Positions 36,021-48,164 of a DNA stretch of 64,000 nt are shown piece by piece. The first letter of the stretch is position 1. The number at the start of each line of letters is the position of its first letter. Source of the DNA: Naegleria gruberi (Eukaryota). The position numbers were made by a program, and so were the translations under genes. The stretch lies in the NCBI GenBank assembly GCA_000004985.1, contig GG738865.1. One strand, given 5' to 3'. The notes below the pieces were generated by a model. That model saw only the letters and a list, made by a program, of their open reading frames with translations, ran no database searches and was not told the DNA's origin.

Positions 36021-37586
36021 ATAGTTGCAAAATTATTGAAACATGTACTAATAAATAACATGATTAATGTTGAAATAATGTAATGGAAATAAGGTGAGGC
36101 AATGTTTGATCCGTTTGGACCCAGAAAGGTTGTAGTTGAATTTTTCGTAGAATTACTACTGGTACTATTGAACCAGTGTGAGCTATTTGATGTTGAATTA
36201 CTGAGACTTGGTGTTGATGGACTTGGTATTGGTGTTGGGATGGGAAGAGGTATTGAACTGTTTGAGTTAATAGTCGTGTTACTATTTGTTAAAGTACAAT
36301 TCGAAGCAGTACAATTGCTTGTTGAGTTGTTTACAGAAATACTTGAATTGCTATTGGTGGTCGAATTACTTGCACCATTATTACTGCTGGTTGTATTAGT
36401 GGTGTTATTCACTGTTGGTGTGTTAGTATTGTTGGAAATGGTGGTTGTATTTGTCGTGTTATTCACTGTTGGTGTGGATAGTGAGCTAGGTGTAACAACA
36501 GAGTAAGATTTTACTCCAACAGAAGGTACAACAGACTTGATGAATGATAGGTAATGAGTGGTGTTTGTATAGACACCCTTATTATTATAGGTTTGAGCCT
36601 CTCCACATCCATCATCTCCATAGCTTGACGAATATTAAGCTTAATGAATCAGTCTTACTTACCTTACAATTCCCAAGACAATAAAATCATTTGAGGAATC
36701 CACTCTGAATAATGGGCCACCACTATCTCCAGCACCTATAAAGGTCAGTAATTATAAGAAATAGAAATAACTTACAAGAGTCATGACCGTTTCCTCCTGC
36801 ACAAATTTGATTTGGAGTAATCATATCAAGCAAAAGACAAACACTGACTGGGTTGACAACAACGTTTGTCTTCATCAACATTGTAGGAAGACTTGTACCA
36901 GTTGTATATCCCCAACCAGATACTGTCAATGATTTAGAACCATCAATTGGATAAGTACCTCCTTCAACCTTAGCCAACTTGACCAATGTTCCATCTACTG
37001 GAATAGATGATTGTAATTCGAGAATAGCAATATCATTTCTTGTAGTTTGCTCATCATAATTTGGATGAACTGTGATAGCCTTTCCTCTATATCTGGTACA
37101 AGTACTACATGTTCTGTCATTGGATCCTGGCAAGATGTAGACAGTCGTTGGATTATCAACAGTTGTTCCACTAACAAAACAGTGAGCTGCACTCAGGACA
37201 AAATTTGGAGCAATCAAAGAACCTCCACAATAGTGTTGCCTTGAAGATGATTGAATTGAGACGAGGAAGGGAAATTCATGGGATGAAGCTTGAGTTCCTC
37301 CAGCAATCTTTGAATCCTTGATTCCTCTCAAAATAATAGAGGCAATAGTCAAGCTTGATGGTCTATAACTTTGCTTGTAGGATTGGAAAGCAGGGGTGAA
37401 GTATCTAGTCAATTCCTTGCTGATTTGTTCCTTCTTATTAATATTGAACAAGGATGAAGCTTGCACACTCCCGATAGGATGATTCATCATTAAAAAAACA
37501 CTCATCACTACAACAACCAAACAAAAGATCCTCATTGGATGGTAGTACCCTTGTGCACTGCACTTTTCAATCCTCAATTTATCCAT
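36017..37586 (-). CDS. Trypsin-like (S1) serine protease with long N/T/S-rich mucin-like stalk and C-terminal hydrophobic tail (membrane/GPI-tethered?); complement(join(36017..36623,36663..36735,36776..37586))
   Basis: Signal peptide. Catalytic triad contexts: His (LSAAHCF), Asp (DIAILEL), Ser (DSC|AGDSGGPLF, completed across a 40-nt intron). GIVS|YGDDGCGEAQTYNNKGVYTNT crosses a 39-nt intron. The 3' exon encodes ~110 aa of T/N/S-rich sequence with an internal duplication (PTVNNTTNTT x2) and ends in the hydrophobic tail YIISTLIMLFISTCF. Confidence 0.8.
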
Positions 37587-37823
37587 TTTTTATGTTATTA
37601 ATTGTATAATGATATTTGTTTGCTTCAGTACAGTGTACTTTTAGGCGCGGGTTTATTGGAAATGATGGAGATTGAGGTCTTTTTTCTTTGAGAATGTTGT
37701 TAAGGCAACCAACACAAACAATGCATAGAGAACTCAGTTTGCAATCTTATCATCAAATAGAATTTAGTTTGAAAGCCGATCTGTACAGTTAAAGTTCCAA
37801 TTAGAATAACAAACACACAAAAA

Positions 37824-39311
37824 ATGATGATACGAGACTTGTTGAGATTTATAATGATTATTGGAGGATTTACCATCCTCTTCTCAATATTTATGCCATT
37901 ATTATTGTTAAAACCTCCTTCAATTTCGGATGGTGGAAAGGGAATCGGAACGAACAGAATTGCTACAAATATTGATATGAATAATCCAGCTTCTGTGAAG
38001 GCAATTTTAAAAGAATACAGAAAGGAACATACTCTTCCCTATTATTTTGATAGATATTTAAAAACTTTAAAAATTGATGATTTATTGGAGGATTATGCCG
38101 AGTTTCATCAAAAGCATAGGAATACCTATTGTTCATCATCGGATCAAAAAAAGGATTTTCCTTCTGTTGGAGTATTAGTATTTAGACCATGGCAAAGCAG
38201 TGGATTGGCCAATGTTATGATTGGTCTTACTTCAAGTTTTTTACTTTCCATACTTTCGGGAAGGTTGTTCTTTATTAATTGGTATGGCCACTATTATTGC
38301 AACATTCATGCCAAATCACTATTCACCAAACCACATGATAAATTTGATTGGTGGTATGAAGACTTTATGAATCCTGATAATGTCAACCAATGTTCAGTCA
38401 ATTATCCTAAATTGAAAATTCCAGGTATTTATGATGATAGCTTGAAAAACTATTATGGAAATATAGAATTAACACACAGAGGAAGAGAATCAGATTACAT
38501 GTTTGAACTTTTAAAATGTTTAAATATTACTGAGGAGTTTGATAATATGGGACCAATAATTGAAGTGACAAGTAATCAATACTATTTACCTCTACTCATT
38601 CAATATAATCCATTCTATCATACATTGTTAAATACCATGTTTCCTGATGCTGACATGTTTGGTCCACTCTCCAGATTTTTATATCATCCTCTTCCTTCTA
38701 TTCAACACAGAGTTGATAAATACCTTACAGACCACAATATTTACATATCCAACACCTTGCTAGGAAACAAGAAACAAGGTAACACTGTCATGTACGGAAT
38801 TCAAATTAGAAGAAACGAAAATGAAAAGCAAATAGACTGGTTTAGAGAAAAACACGAGAAATTCTTTTGGAAAGCTTGTAGAGATGAGCTAATTTCAAAA
38901 CACAACAAAAGATTCCCAAATATGGATTATAAGATTATGGTCATTTCAGATAATGTTACAGTTGTTGAACATGCTAAAAATGAATTCGGACAAAATAGAA
39001 TACTTCATTATGAAGAACAAAAACTAACCTTCTCTCGAGATGGTGAAAGTGTTGTTGGAGCCCTCATTGATTCCTGGCTCTTCAGTCATAGTCATGGATT
39101 TGTTGTGAGTAAGCATTCAACTTTTGGTAATTTGGGACACGGCAGAGCGTCCATAAAACCTTTTATTGTGTACCATTACAATAATGGCGAATCATGCACA
39201 TGGTTCGCTCCTCAAACCAGTGAACCAGAATTCCATTGGTATGGAAGGCATAGGGAAATTACATCATGTAGAGCTGTGGCATTGAAGAGGAAGCGAAAGA
39301 GACAAGATTAG
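37824..39311 (+). CDS. Type II membrane glycosyltransferase, fucosyltransferase-like (GT37/GT11/GT23 superfamily motifs)
   Basis: N-terminal signal anchor. Segment WQSSGLANVMIGLTSSFLLSILSGRLFFINW resembles the GT37 SGLGNRM..FLYALLT..LLVD region. Basic IQIRRNE motif and C-terminal VVSKHSTFGNLGHG (STF motif typical of alpha1,2/1,6-fucosyltransferases). Confidence 0.5.
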   Translation: MMIRDLLRFIMIIGGFTILFSIFMPLLLLKPPSISDGGKGIGTNRIATNIDMNNPASVKAILKEYRKEHTLPYYFDRYLKTLKIDDLLEDYAEFHQKHRNTYCSSSDQKKDFPSVGVLVFRPWQSSGLANVMIGLTSSFLLSILSGRLFFINWYGHYYCNIHAKSLFTKPHDKFDWWYEDFMNPDNVNQCSVNYPKLKIPGIYDDSLKNYYGNIELTHRGRESDYMFELLKCLNITEEFDNMGPIIEVTSNQYYLPLLIQYNPFYHTLLNTMFPDADMFGPLSRFLYHPLPSIQHRVDKYLTDHNIYISNTLLGNKKQGNTVMYGIQIRRNENEKQIDWFREKHEKFFWKACRDELISKHNKRFPNMDYKIMVISDNVTVVEHAKNEFGQNRILHYEEQKLTFSRDGESVVGALIDSWLFSHSHGFVVSKHSTFGNLGHGRASIKPFIVYHYNNGESCTWFAPQTSEPEFHWYGRHREITSCRAVALKRKRKRQD

Positions 39312-40744
39312 AAAGTTGGTGCATCAGATACAGGATATTTGGATAACCAAATTCTAATTATCTGAACGGTTAGACCAACCAATTGTACTAGCTTATTCTG
39401 TACCTTGTGCTTGATTGAATCAATACGCAATACTTGCTCTAGAAATATTAAAGCTAGCTCAGCATGTTGGATGGTTGGAAATGGTAATAGCCCATCCTCT
39501 TTAAAATAGGTATTCTCTTTTAGTATTGCAATGCAGTATAAATATATGAATTTTTGTGATGATGTCAAAATGCAAGTGTTACTGTTAGCATTTTGAGACA
39601 ATCCAACATGAATACCATGGACATAGGATACATTATCTTGTGAATGAACTTGTGTAACACGTGTTTCCTTCTCAAAATCTACATATTCACTGTTGGAGAA
39701 GAATCTAACAACTGATCCTTTGCAACATGGAGCTGTTGAGCATAAATATTCTTGTCTTTCTGTGTATTGCTCTTTCCACTCGGTACATGTAGCTCCAAAG
39801 GATACCAAAACATCTCCATGATTAGAGTAGGCTTTGTTCAATTGGTGTTCCAACTCATCAATAATCTCATATTTTATGTCATCGTTCACCTCATGATTAG
39901 GTCCCCTAAAGTCCTTAATTAATTGATTCTTATAATTCAATGCTGTATAATTAAGCGATTCATCTTCATTGGAAACCTTTGATATTACAGCACAGTTATA
40001 TTTCCATTGGTGTGCCCCAAATATTTGAGGAGGAACTTGAGGAACGACAACACTCTTGTGATGAAAGAAAGGAGTTTCAAGGAGAATCAAGTCTTCACCA
40101 CAATGCAATAGCTCATCTACAGAAAGCTTATCATTATAAAAGCTGACACTCCCAGTCTTGGGAATGGTTCCATTCAGCAAGAGAAGAGGAGAGTATCTCC
40201 AGGACCAACCCTTTTTATCATCAAAGAGGCTTTTACACGATATTGCAAATCTGTTTGTGAGGAAGAAGGCATTCCCTTTAGGATTACACTTAATACAAGG
40301 ACCAATGTATGACGAAAAGTCGATATTGGTCTCAAAATCGTTTAGTTGTGAATCTGAAACTCTTGTTTCTCCTACCAACAAGATGTTTCCTGAAGCATAT
40401 CCAATCATTGGAATAAGTATTCTGTACTCCTCATCATTACTTTCGTCCATTTCATCTCCTCTTGTTGATGAATCATTGCTAGAGGTTGTGAAGCAAATAA
40501 GCATTCCTTCCTTTTTCGTCTTTCTCATTTTTAAGGCTTTTTTTGAGTTGTTATTTGATGATGATCGTAAGGCGTAATAATTCAACACGATGAAAAAATG
40601 ATTAAAATTGGCTGTGTGATGGATAGTACTAAGCAATTTATTCTCTGTTTGACAATATGATGGATATATTGTGAGCAATGAGAATTCCTTCAAATTGCCA
40701 ATACAATGTATCAAGAGTTGGACATTGTAAAAATCATTTACCAT
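39308..40744 (-). CDS. Hypothetical 478-aa protein (no recognisable domain)
   Basis: Long ORF convergent with the glycosyltransferase gene. Its TAA (39308..39310) overlaps that gene's TAG (39309..39311). Confidence 0.45.
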   Translation of the reverse strand: MVNDFYNVQLLIHCIGNLKEFSLLTIYPSYCQTENKLLSTIHHTANFNHFFIVLNYYALRSSSNNNSKKALKMRKTKKEGMLICFTTSSNDSSTRGDEMDESNDEEYRILIPMIGYASGNILLVGETRVSDSQLNDFETNIDFSSYIGPCIKCNPKGNAFFLTNRFAISCKSLFDDKKGWSWRYSPLLLLNGTIPKTGSVSFYNDKLSVDELLHCGEDLILLETPFFHHKSVVVPQVPPQIFGAHQWKYNCAVISKVSNEDESLNYTALNYKNQLIKDFRGPNHEVNDDIKYEIIDELEHQLNKAYSNHGDVLVSFGATCTEWKEQYTERQEYLCSTAPCCKGSVVRFFSNSEYVDFEKETRVTQVHSQDNVSYVHGIHVGLSQNANSNTCILTSSQKFIYLYCIAILKENTYFKEDGLLPFPTIQHAELALIFLEQVLRIDSIKHKVQNKLVQLVGLTVQIIRIWLSKYPVSDAPTF

Positions 40745-40902
40745 CCGACTGTCGTTGATGAATTACCACTATTAGAACTCAATCACAAACCAATTCTCTT
40801 TTGGATTCAAATGGTTTTTAAGACAAATGGTATTGTTACAAAAGTGAACATCTCAACTTTACAACTTGATGTTCTAATAATAACAATCATCACAAACAAA
40901 AA

Positions 40903-42046
40903 ATGTCAAAGCTTAACATTAACTCTAGAATTACACTCAATGATGGTACCCAAATGCCAATGTAAGTTATTTTGTGATGCTATATGAATATTCATGATTT
41001 CCATCTCTTGATTAATATTAAATTTTCATGATGATCAATAATAATTGTATTTAGTATTGGATTGGGAACATGGAGATCCGAACCACAAAAAGTGAAGGAA
41101 GCTGTCATTGTTGCTATTGAATCTGGTTATAGACACATTGATTGTGCTGCTTTGTATGGCAACGAAAAGGAAATTGGAGAAGCCCTCGAAGAAGTCATCA
41201 AGAGAGGAGTTGTTAAGAGAGAAGAATTGTGGATCACCAGTAAAATTTGGAATACTCACAAGAGAGCTGCTAATGTTAGAGCTGCTTTTGAAAAGACTCT
41301 TTCCGATTTGAAACTGTATGTTTATGAATTATTATTCATAATTATTTTAATTATTATTTGATTATTATTTATTTAATTTATATTTAAATAATAACAATAG
41401 TGAATATTTGGATCAATATCTTATTCACTGGCCTATTGCTTTCGAATTTGCTGGAATTGAATTGAAGGATTATGCTTGTATTGTACCAAGAGAAGAAAGT
41501 GGAAAAATTGCCAAGGTTGACTTTGTTCCATTCAAAGAAACATGGGGTGAATTGGAAAAATTAGTTGAAGAAGGAAAAATCAAATCAATCGGAATCAGTA
41601 ACTTTAGTGTCACTGATACTTGTAACTTGTATGCTGAAAATATCAAAATCAAACCAGCTGTCAACCAAATTGAAGCTCACCCATATTTCACAAACACTAG
41701 ATTGATGCAAACAATGAAATCATCTCAATTCAAGGAAATCAACACTGTTGCTTATTGTCCACTAGGTAGAGGTGGTGAAAATGCTCCAATTTCTGATCCA
41801 GTTGTCATTGAAATTGCTCAAAAGTATTCCAAATCACCTGCTCAAGTTGTCATTAGATGGGCTCTCCAAAGAGGAAGCATTATCGTTCCAAAATCCGTCA
41901 CACCAGAAAGAATTAAGGAAAATATCAATGTCTTTGACTTTGAATTGAACGAAGAAGATATGAATAAGATTTCAGAATTAGGAAAGAAGAGAAAGAGAGC
42001 TGTTGATCCAATCGGATCCTGGGGCATTTCAGTATTTGAAGATTAA
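40903..42046 (+). CDS. Aldo-keto reductase (AKR) family oxidoreductase; join(40903..40961,41055..41315,41401..42046)
   Basis: MSKLNINSRITLNDGTQMP/IGLGTWRS..GYRHIDCAALYGNEKEIG..LWITSKIWN..SDLKL/EYLDQYLIHWP..IGISNFS..IEAHPYF..VVIRWALQRGSIIVPKSVTPERIKEN. Two introns (93 and 85 nt), both GTAAGT/GTATGT..TAG. Confidence 0.85.
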
Positions 42047-42165
42047 CTGTATTATTATAATAGTAGACAAATAAATGTCTACATAATATTTTCACACAAC
42101 ATGTTAAAGTAAAAAGTCTTTGATTCAAATAATTCGTTTAATTTTGAAATTTTGATTGAAAAAAA

Positions 42166-43164
42166 ATGATGATGCACATTTCACGGGCAACAAATACCCA
42201 TGCACCTCAACAAATTCATCAAACTCTGATGAGGACTTGTTCCTACAGAATGTTTTCGCTTCGGGTGAAAAATTGTGCTAAAAATTATAATAGACACATT
42301 ATTCATTGGATAAATTGTTCGGAATATGAAAAAGTAACAATTTTAAATAACAAGAATCAACAATGCTCTTATAGGACATGCGGAATGATGAGAGATGCCA
42401 GTAGACAATCCCTTGTTGAAAAGGAAGAATCTAATGTGCTTGAAACTTTTGCAAATATTCATAATCACATTAATACTCTCGAACAAAAATTAACTTTTGA
42501 AAGTGTGGAAGAAAGAGATTTATACTTTGAAACACTTTTTAGTCTCTTGGAAAATGTTGCTAAAGGAATTGAAAAGTTGACATGGTTGCAAGGAACAAAG
42601 ACTTTCAGCTCTGATGAAGAGGTTGAATTTGTTTCTCCTTTTGATGATCCATTTTCAGGAGCTGATGAATATGCACCAAAAGAAGAAAAGAGAAGTAAAT
42701 TGGACAAATTGATTGAGAGAGTATTGGATGTTTTGCATAAATATGGAACTAAACCTGAATCTATTGAAAATCAAAGTAATTATGCAATGACTTTACCAAC
42801 TATTGGCTTAGAAATTTATTCAATGATGAAAAGATATGCTATGGAATTTGAAAGATGTTCTGCCAACGAAATTACACCATTTTTAGAAAACGATTGTTTC
42901 TTTGCTTTTAATCAAAATGTTATGAACTACTTGTTACGTTACTTTGCAGATACTAAGGATAAAACAAATACCCTTATCATTCTGAAAGATATGCAACAAA
43001 TGCAACTTGGAGCCAATGTAGTTACCTATAATATTCTTATTAGATATGCACTTCTTGGAGAAGATAAGGGTCAAGCAGTCAAACTTGCCAAATATATGAA
43101 ACAACAAGGACTTGAAATTGATCAACAAACCAAAGATTTGCTCCGACAACACAGATTAATGTAA
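42166..43164 (+). CDS. Hypothetical protein with pentatricopeptide-repeat-like C-terminus and putative mitochondrial presequence
   Basis: PPR-like motif VVTYNILIRYALLGEDKGQAVKLAKYMKQQGLEID. R/S/T-rich N-terminus (MMMHISRATNTHAPQQIHQTLMRTCSYRMFSLRVKN). Confidence 0.45.
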   Translation: MMMHISRATNTHAPQQIHQTLMRTCSYRMFSLRVKNCAKNYNRHIIHWINCSEYEKVTILNNKNQQCSYRTCGMMRDASRQSLVEKEESNVLETFANIHNHINTLEQKLTFESVEERDLYFETLFSLLENVAKGIEKLTWLQGTKTFSSDEEVEFVSPFDDPFSGADEYAPKEEKRSKLDKLIERVLDVLHKYGTKPESIENQSNYAMTLPTIGLEIYSMMKRYAMEFERCSANEITPFLENDCFFAFNQNVMNYLLRYFADTKDKTNTLIILKDMQQMQLGANVVTYNILIRYALLGEDKGQAVKLAKYMKQQGLEIDQQTKDLLRQHRLM

Positions 43165-43187
43165 AAAAAAGTAAAAACTCTTTTTAT

Positions 43188-44786
43188 CTAGCTAGACTCT
43201 TCATCATCACTTTCCTCTGTAGATGCTTTATCAACCAAGTCACCAAAGACCTTCTTTATCTTTGGTTCAGTGGACTGAGAAACGATTTCTTTAACTTTTT
43301 CAGAGGAGAGTAATTCCTTCAAAATGTGGAACGTATTATCCAAAAATTTGTAACATCCCTCAAATGCCAAAATTCCCATTATGACAACATTGGATTTTTC
43401 TGAGGACAATAATTTTTCAATAAAAATGAAATCAAACCAAGGTAAACCATGTTCAATACAAGTATCAAAAGTGGCGTAATTATCCAAGACCATTTGTAGA
43501 AGAATTTTCTCTTCCTTTTCATTTTCTAGCTCAATATAAGAAAGCATGTATAAGGCTGATAGTACAGAGTTTGAAACTAGAACTAGATCATCAATTTTAG
43601 TTTCAATATATGATAAAATAGAGGCTGGTGTCACTGTTTCTGAAACAATTGGTAAAGAAGTAGGATCTCTAGAGAGAATGGCACAAGCTTCAATCAGTAC
43701 AGAATAGCATTCACCTTGCCTTTCCGTCTCTTTTGCAACTCTATCAAAAAGAGAAGCAATTAAAGTAGACATGGTTTGTCTATTCTTCTTCTTATTGAAC
43801 CATTCATTGATTTTCTTTCCTGTATCGGAGAGAATAATATTTCTCAAAAGGTAAAGGAAATCAGGGAGTGAAACTTGTTCATTTTCAATAGCAGACATGA
43901 GGTCAATATTTTGAATAACAATACTCTTTTTGCTTCTACTTGTAATATTTGTAAAAACTGAAATAATAAGAGCATAATTCATAGTATAATTGTTTGCTAC
44001 AGCAGAGTTATAGGCTGTCAGTAAGTTCTTAATGACCTTTTCAGAGGCATCACACAAGTGTGACAGGTATTCTTCATCTTCATAAGTTACATGGTACATG
44101 ATTGGTATGAGGAATTCATTGATGTATTCAACAGTTTCTTCGGATTGTGGTTTGGTAAGGTTGAATAGTTTTTCAATCATAATTTCCTTCGGAAATCTGT
44201 CATGAAGTTGAGCCAAGAATTTTGGTTTTTGAATCTTTCCTTGGGACCTCTTCACAACAAGAGCCAAAATCTCTTCTTCCAATTGTTTTCCTCCAATTTC
44301 TTCTTGTTCCTTATAGTTGGATTTTCTCTTGTTGGTAGAAATACGTGATGAGGTTCTGAGTGATTCTGGTGGTTCTTTTCTTTTCCTTGTACGTGATGGG
44401 GTTCCTTCATCAAATACTTGGCTACTATTTGATGGTTTTGTTGGTGTTAATGATAAAGCCTACAAAATTATTAAATTGTATATGGTGATGATGATGATGA
44501 ATTGATTATTAATAGAGGTGGCATCATATAATATTATAACATTGTGGATTCATGTTCATTGTTGTTGTTGTTGGTGTATACTTACAATGGTTTGCTTTAA
44601 GCCTAGAGTTTCCAACAATTGTTGATTTCTATTAATTTTTTCTTGTCTCAATCTTTCATATTCGAGAGCTTGTTTTTTGGTTTCCTCATCATCCGATTCA
44701 CTACCTTCATCATATGATGATGCATCATCAGCCTCATCCTCTTGTTGTTGTGGATTTTTGCTTGGCTGTTCTTCTTTTTCGCTCAT
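43188..44786 (-). CDS. Hypothetical helical protein with acidic, coiled-coil N-terminal exon; complement(join(43188..44459,44586..44786))
   Basis: Exon 1 (MSEKEEQPSKNPQQQEDEADD..YERLRQEKINRNQQLLETLGLKQTI) is joined in phase 0 by a 126-nt GTAAGT..TGTAG intron to ORF 43188..44282, extended upstream (ALSLTPTKPSNSS..RTRKRKEPPESLR..). No named domain. Confidence 0.55.
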
Positions 44787-45304
44787 TTTTATTGGTTCCT
44801 AACCGTTAACAATATATTTGATTTTAAAAAAATATTTTAAAAAATTATTAAAAACAGAACAAATACAAAGGTGAAGGGAGTAATAATTTTGTTGGTTTAA
44901 AATTGATGTGGATTTCCGATCTGAAAGGATGATATTGAGTACTTTATCATGCCTTCCTTTTCATGAAAATCTAATTAATATCTTCCCATGATTGAATTTG
45001 TTGAATGTTCATACTAGACCCTAACAAGTGTCAAATGGGAACGAGCAATGTTCTATTGATTGCTTGCTATTCGTAAAGCAGTAGAATTTTTATTCACCAA
45101 TTACAATTCAGCTCTTCCTTAAATTAGTCTTCCAATTATGGGTAAAGAAAATAAGTGTTTCCTTTGATATTAATTATTTTCTAGAAGAATTGAATTAATT
45201 TCTATTAGACATTACAAAATTGTGTAATTGATAACATTGGATTAAACCTTTCCTCTCAAAAATTGTAACAATTCCAAACTCTTCAAGAAACCAAGATTGA
45301 AAAA

Positions 45305-47976
45305 ATGTCTCTACAATTTGGCAGCACCTTGCTGTTTGCTGTTCTGATCATCTTTCTCACCTACTACAATCAATCTCGTTTGCCATCAAATTTACCAGTG
45401 CCAAACAGTATTGGTGCACCTGTTGATTATTTATTTAGAGAGGATCGAGCATTGAAAACTCTCGGCATTCTCTCCACTACTATCGGACCAAAAGTTGTTG
45501 GTACTCTGCAAGAGAAACAAGCTTTTGAATTTGTTAGAGATGAATTGAGTACGATTGTACATAGTGAATGGAAAATGAAATTGGAAAATTGTGATGAGAT
45601 GAATGTGAATGTTAATGGTCAGGATGAAGAGTTTGGATTAAAGAGGTTTATTAGAAAGGAGGGAAATATTAATAGTATGAAAATCAAGAGATGTCAACTT
45701 GTTGGGAATAATCATAAGATTACCCTTGATCAACAATTTATTTCTGGTATGTGTATTTATTTGGTTTGTGGTCAATTATAATTAATTGATCAGGTGATGG
45801 ATACATTGATATTTTGAAGAGAAAACTGTTTACTTCCTACCAAAATTTGACTAATTTAATTGTTAGAATTGATCCAAATCAAGATAGATCGGATAATCAT
45901 GGTTTATTGGTGTCAAGCCACTTTGACAGTGGTGTGTCTTCACCTGGATTCTATGATGATGGTATTCCTGTTGTTTGTATGATTGAATCATTTAGAAATA
46001 TTGTGAAAATGATTAGAGATGGAAAGTTAGAATTGAAAAGAAGTGTTATTTTCTTGTTTAATGGTGCTGAAGAAACTGGACTATTGGGAGCTGAATCATT
46101 CATGTATCATCCATATTCTAGGGATGTAAAATACTTTTTAAATTTAGAGGCTGCAGGATCTGGTGGAAAAGAGGTTGCTTTCCAAATAGCTACAGAATTC
46201 TTGGCTAGACATTTCGCCAAGTCAACAGTGAGGGCTAGTGGAAATGTCATAGCTCAAGATATTTTCCAATCAAATATTATTCCATCAGCAACTGATTATC
46301 ATGTATATTCTTCATTTGGAATGCAAGGAATTGATGTTTCATTCTACAAGAATGGTTATGTTTATCATACATCAAAGGATTCTTCATCTTCTTATGAAAA
46401 GGGATCTATTCAGCATATGGGTGATAATGTCCAATCATTTGTAACCCACTTCTCAAATATCACTGAAAATGACTCTGATCCAAAGACAAACTTTGTCTAT
46501 TTTGATCTTTTTGGATTCAATATGAATGTTTTTGACATCAATACTCTCAGACTGATTAACGTTTCAGTCATTGTAATATCTATTACTCTGTTAATTATTC
46601 CATTGATCAAAGGAGGTGCCGTAGCCTTGTACCATAGAGTGTTGGCCTTATTTTTAATATTCCTCTTTTTACTATTTGCTATTGGAATTAATATTACTTT
46701 AACAATTGGATTAATGAGATTGGGATACGATATGCTCTATTTTGCCTATCACCCAATGTTCTCTTTGGTTCTTTATGGATCAGTAGTAGTGACAACCTTC
46801 ACTCTTGGTTTTTGGACAACCAACAAGTTTATCATTGCCTTATCCACTGAAATCATGGCAGAATCAATTCTAATTCTCTACACTTGTATTTTGACACTTT
46901 TCACAATTTTCAACATTGCTTCTGGATATCTTTTCTTGGCTGTCACAATATTCTTATTATTGGGCACTTATTTCAACAAGGTTTACCTTGATTTTTCCTT
47001 GATAGGATTGGCATTTTTGAGTCCTATTTTGAACCAAGTTATTGACATGTTTATTCCAATTACTGGAAGACTTGGAAAGGCCGTTCAAGTTGATTATATT
47101 GCCCTTATGTTGTGTAGCATTGCTGTATTCTTAATATTGACAACATTGTTACCAGTTCTTGTTAGACAAATCTCTGGAAAAACTGTTTTACTATTAATTT
47201 TGGGAACTATCATCACCTATGCATATCTTATTTTGGGTAATAATGGCAAAGCATTTACCGAGGCACATCCAAAGAGAACTTCTATACAACATACCTTCTT
47301 AATGGCAAGTAATAATTTGAATGATTGGGAGCAGCTCTCTCAATATATTATGATTGCAGGAGCAGATTCATCTAAGGAGGAGGAAATAACTGATGTGTTG
47401 GGCAAGAGATTTAATTTTGAAAGAAGTCATGACACTTTAGAACCACAAGTTGTCAGAAGTGTAATTAATCCAAGAACTCACAAGAAGCCATATCTTATTA
47501 CCGAAACTACAGATAGTTTACCACGTTATATTACCCCTAAAATTTTCATTACAAACAAGGTCCATGAAAAAGGAAGAATTGAGTTTAGTATCCTCTTCCA
47601 TGAAAAGATTTATCATAGTGGAATATTCCTCTATTCAGATCATGAGATTGTAGAGTCATCATTCGATACCAATACATCATTCGGAAGAGTTGTTCAAACA
47701 AATACTGATTCTCAATATGAGTTTGAATATAACTTTTGGGCATTATTTGGATACAATAGAGATAGCTCTTTAATGAACCAAAATCAAAAATCTTTCAAGT
47801 TTTGGATTGAGTTCAAGCAAAATCCACAAAAAGATTTCAAATTGCGAGTTACACTCAAGAATACCTTCCTCGCAAATACATATTCTCTTGCAGAGTTGGA
47901 GACAGAGTTAGAGTCACTCCCTTGGTCTGAACATATTTCTACAACCCATTCTGTCATGGATTTCCAAATTAATTAG
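45305..47976 (+). CDS. ERMP1: ER metallopeptidase 1 (ERMP1/FXNA)-like M28-family peptidase with polytopic C-terminal membrane domain; join(45305..45746,45794..47976)
   Basis: M28 zinc-binding contexts HGLLVSSHFDSGVSSPGFYDDG, FLFNGAEETGLLGAESF, NLEAAGSGGKEV, YHTSKDS. Nine or more TM helices follow. 47-nt GTATGT..TCAG intron. Confidence 0.85.
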
Positions 47977-48164
47977 ACACAGAATAACGTGAATAAACTC
48001 ACTAAATGGGTTGAAGAACAATTATCTAAAAGCGAATTCTAATGGCACCACTCTAATTTTACAACGTGTTTTATTTGTATTAATAACTGACAAAACGTGC
48101 TGTGGCAAAGTAGTTTTTTAAACAACCTAACACAAATTTACGTTAAAGAAGAATTACAAAAGAA

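Noticed and set aside
36102-36506. Plus-strand 134-aa ORF full of V/L/E
   Set aside because: It is the antisense shadow of the protease gene's N/T/S-rich mucin-like exon. Its composition is a reverse-complement artefact of ACN/AAY codons.
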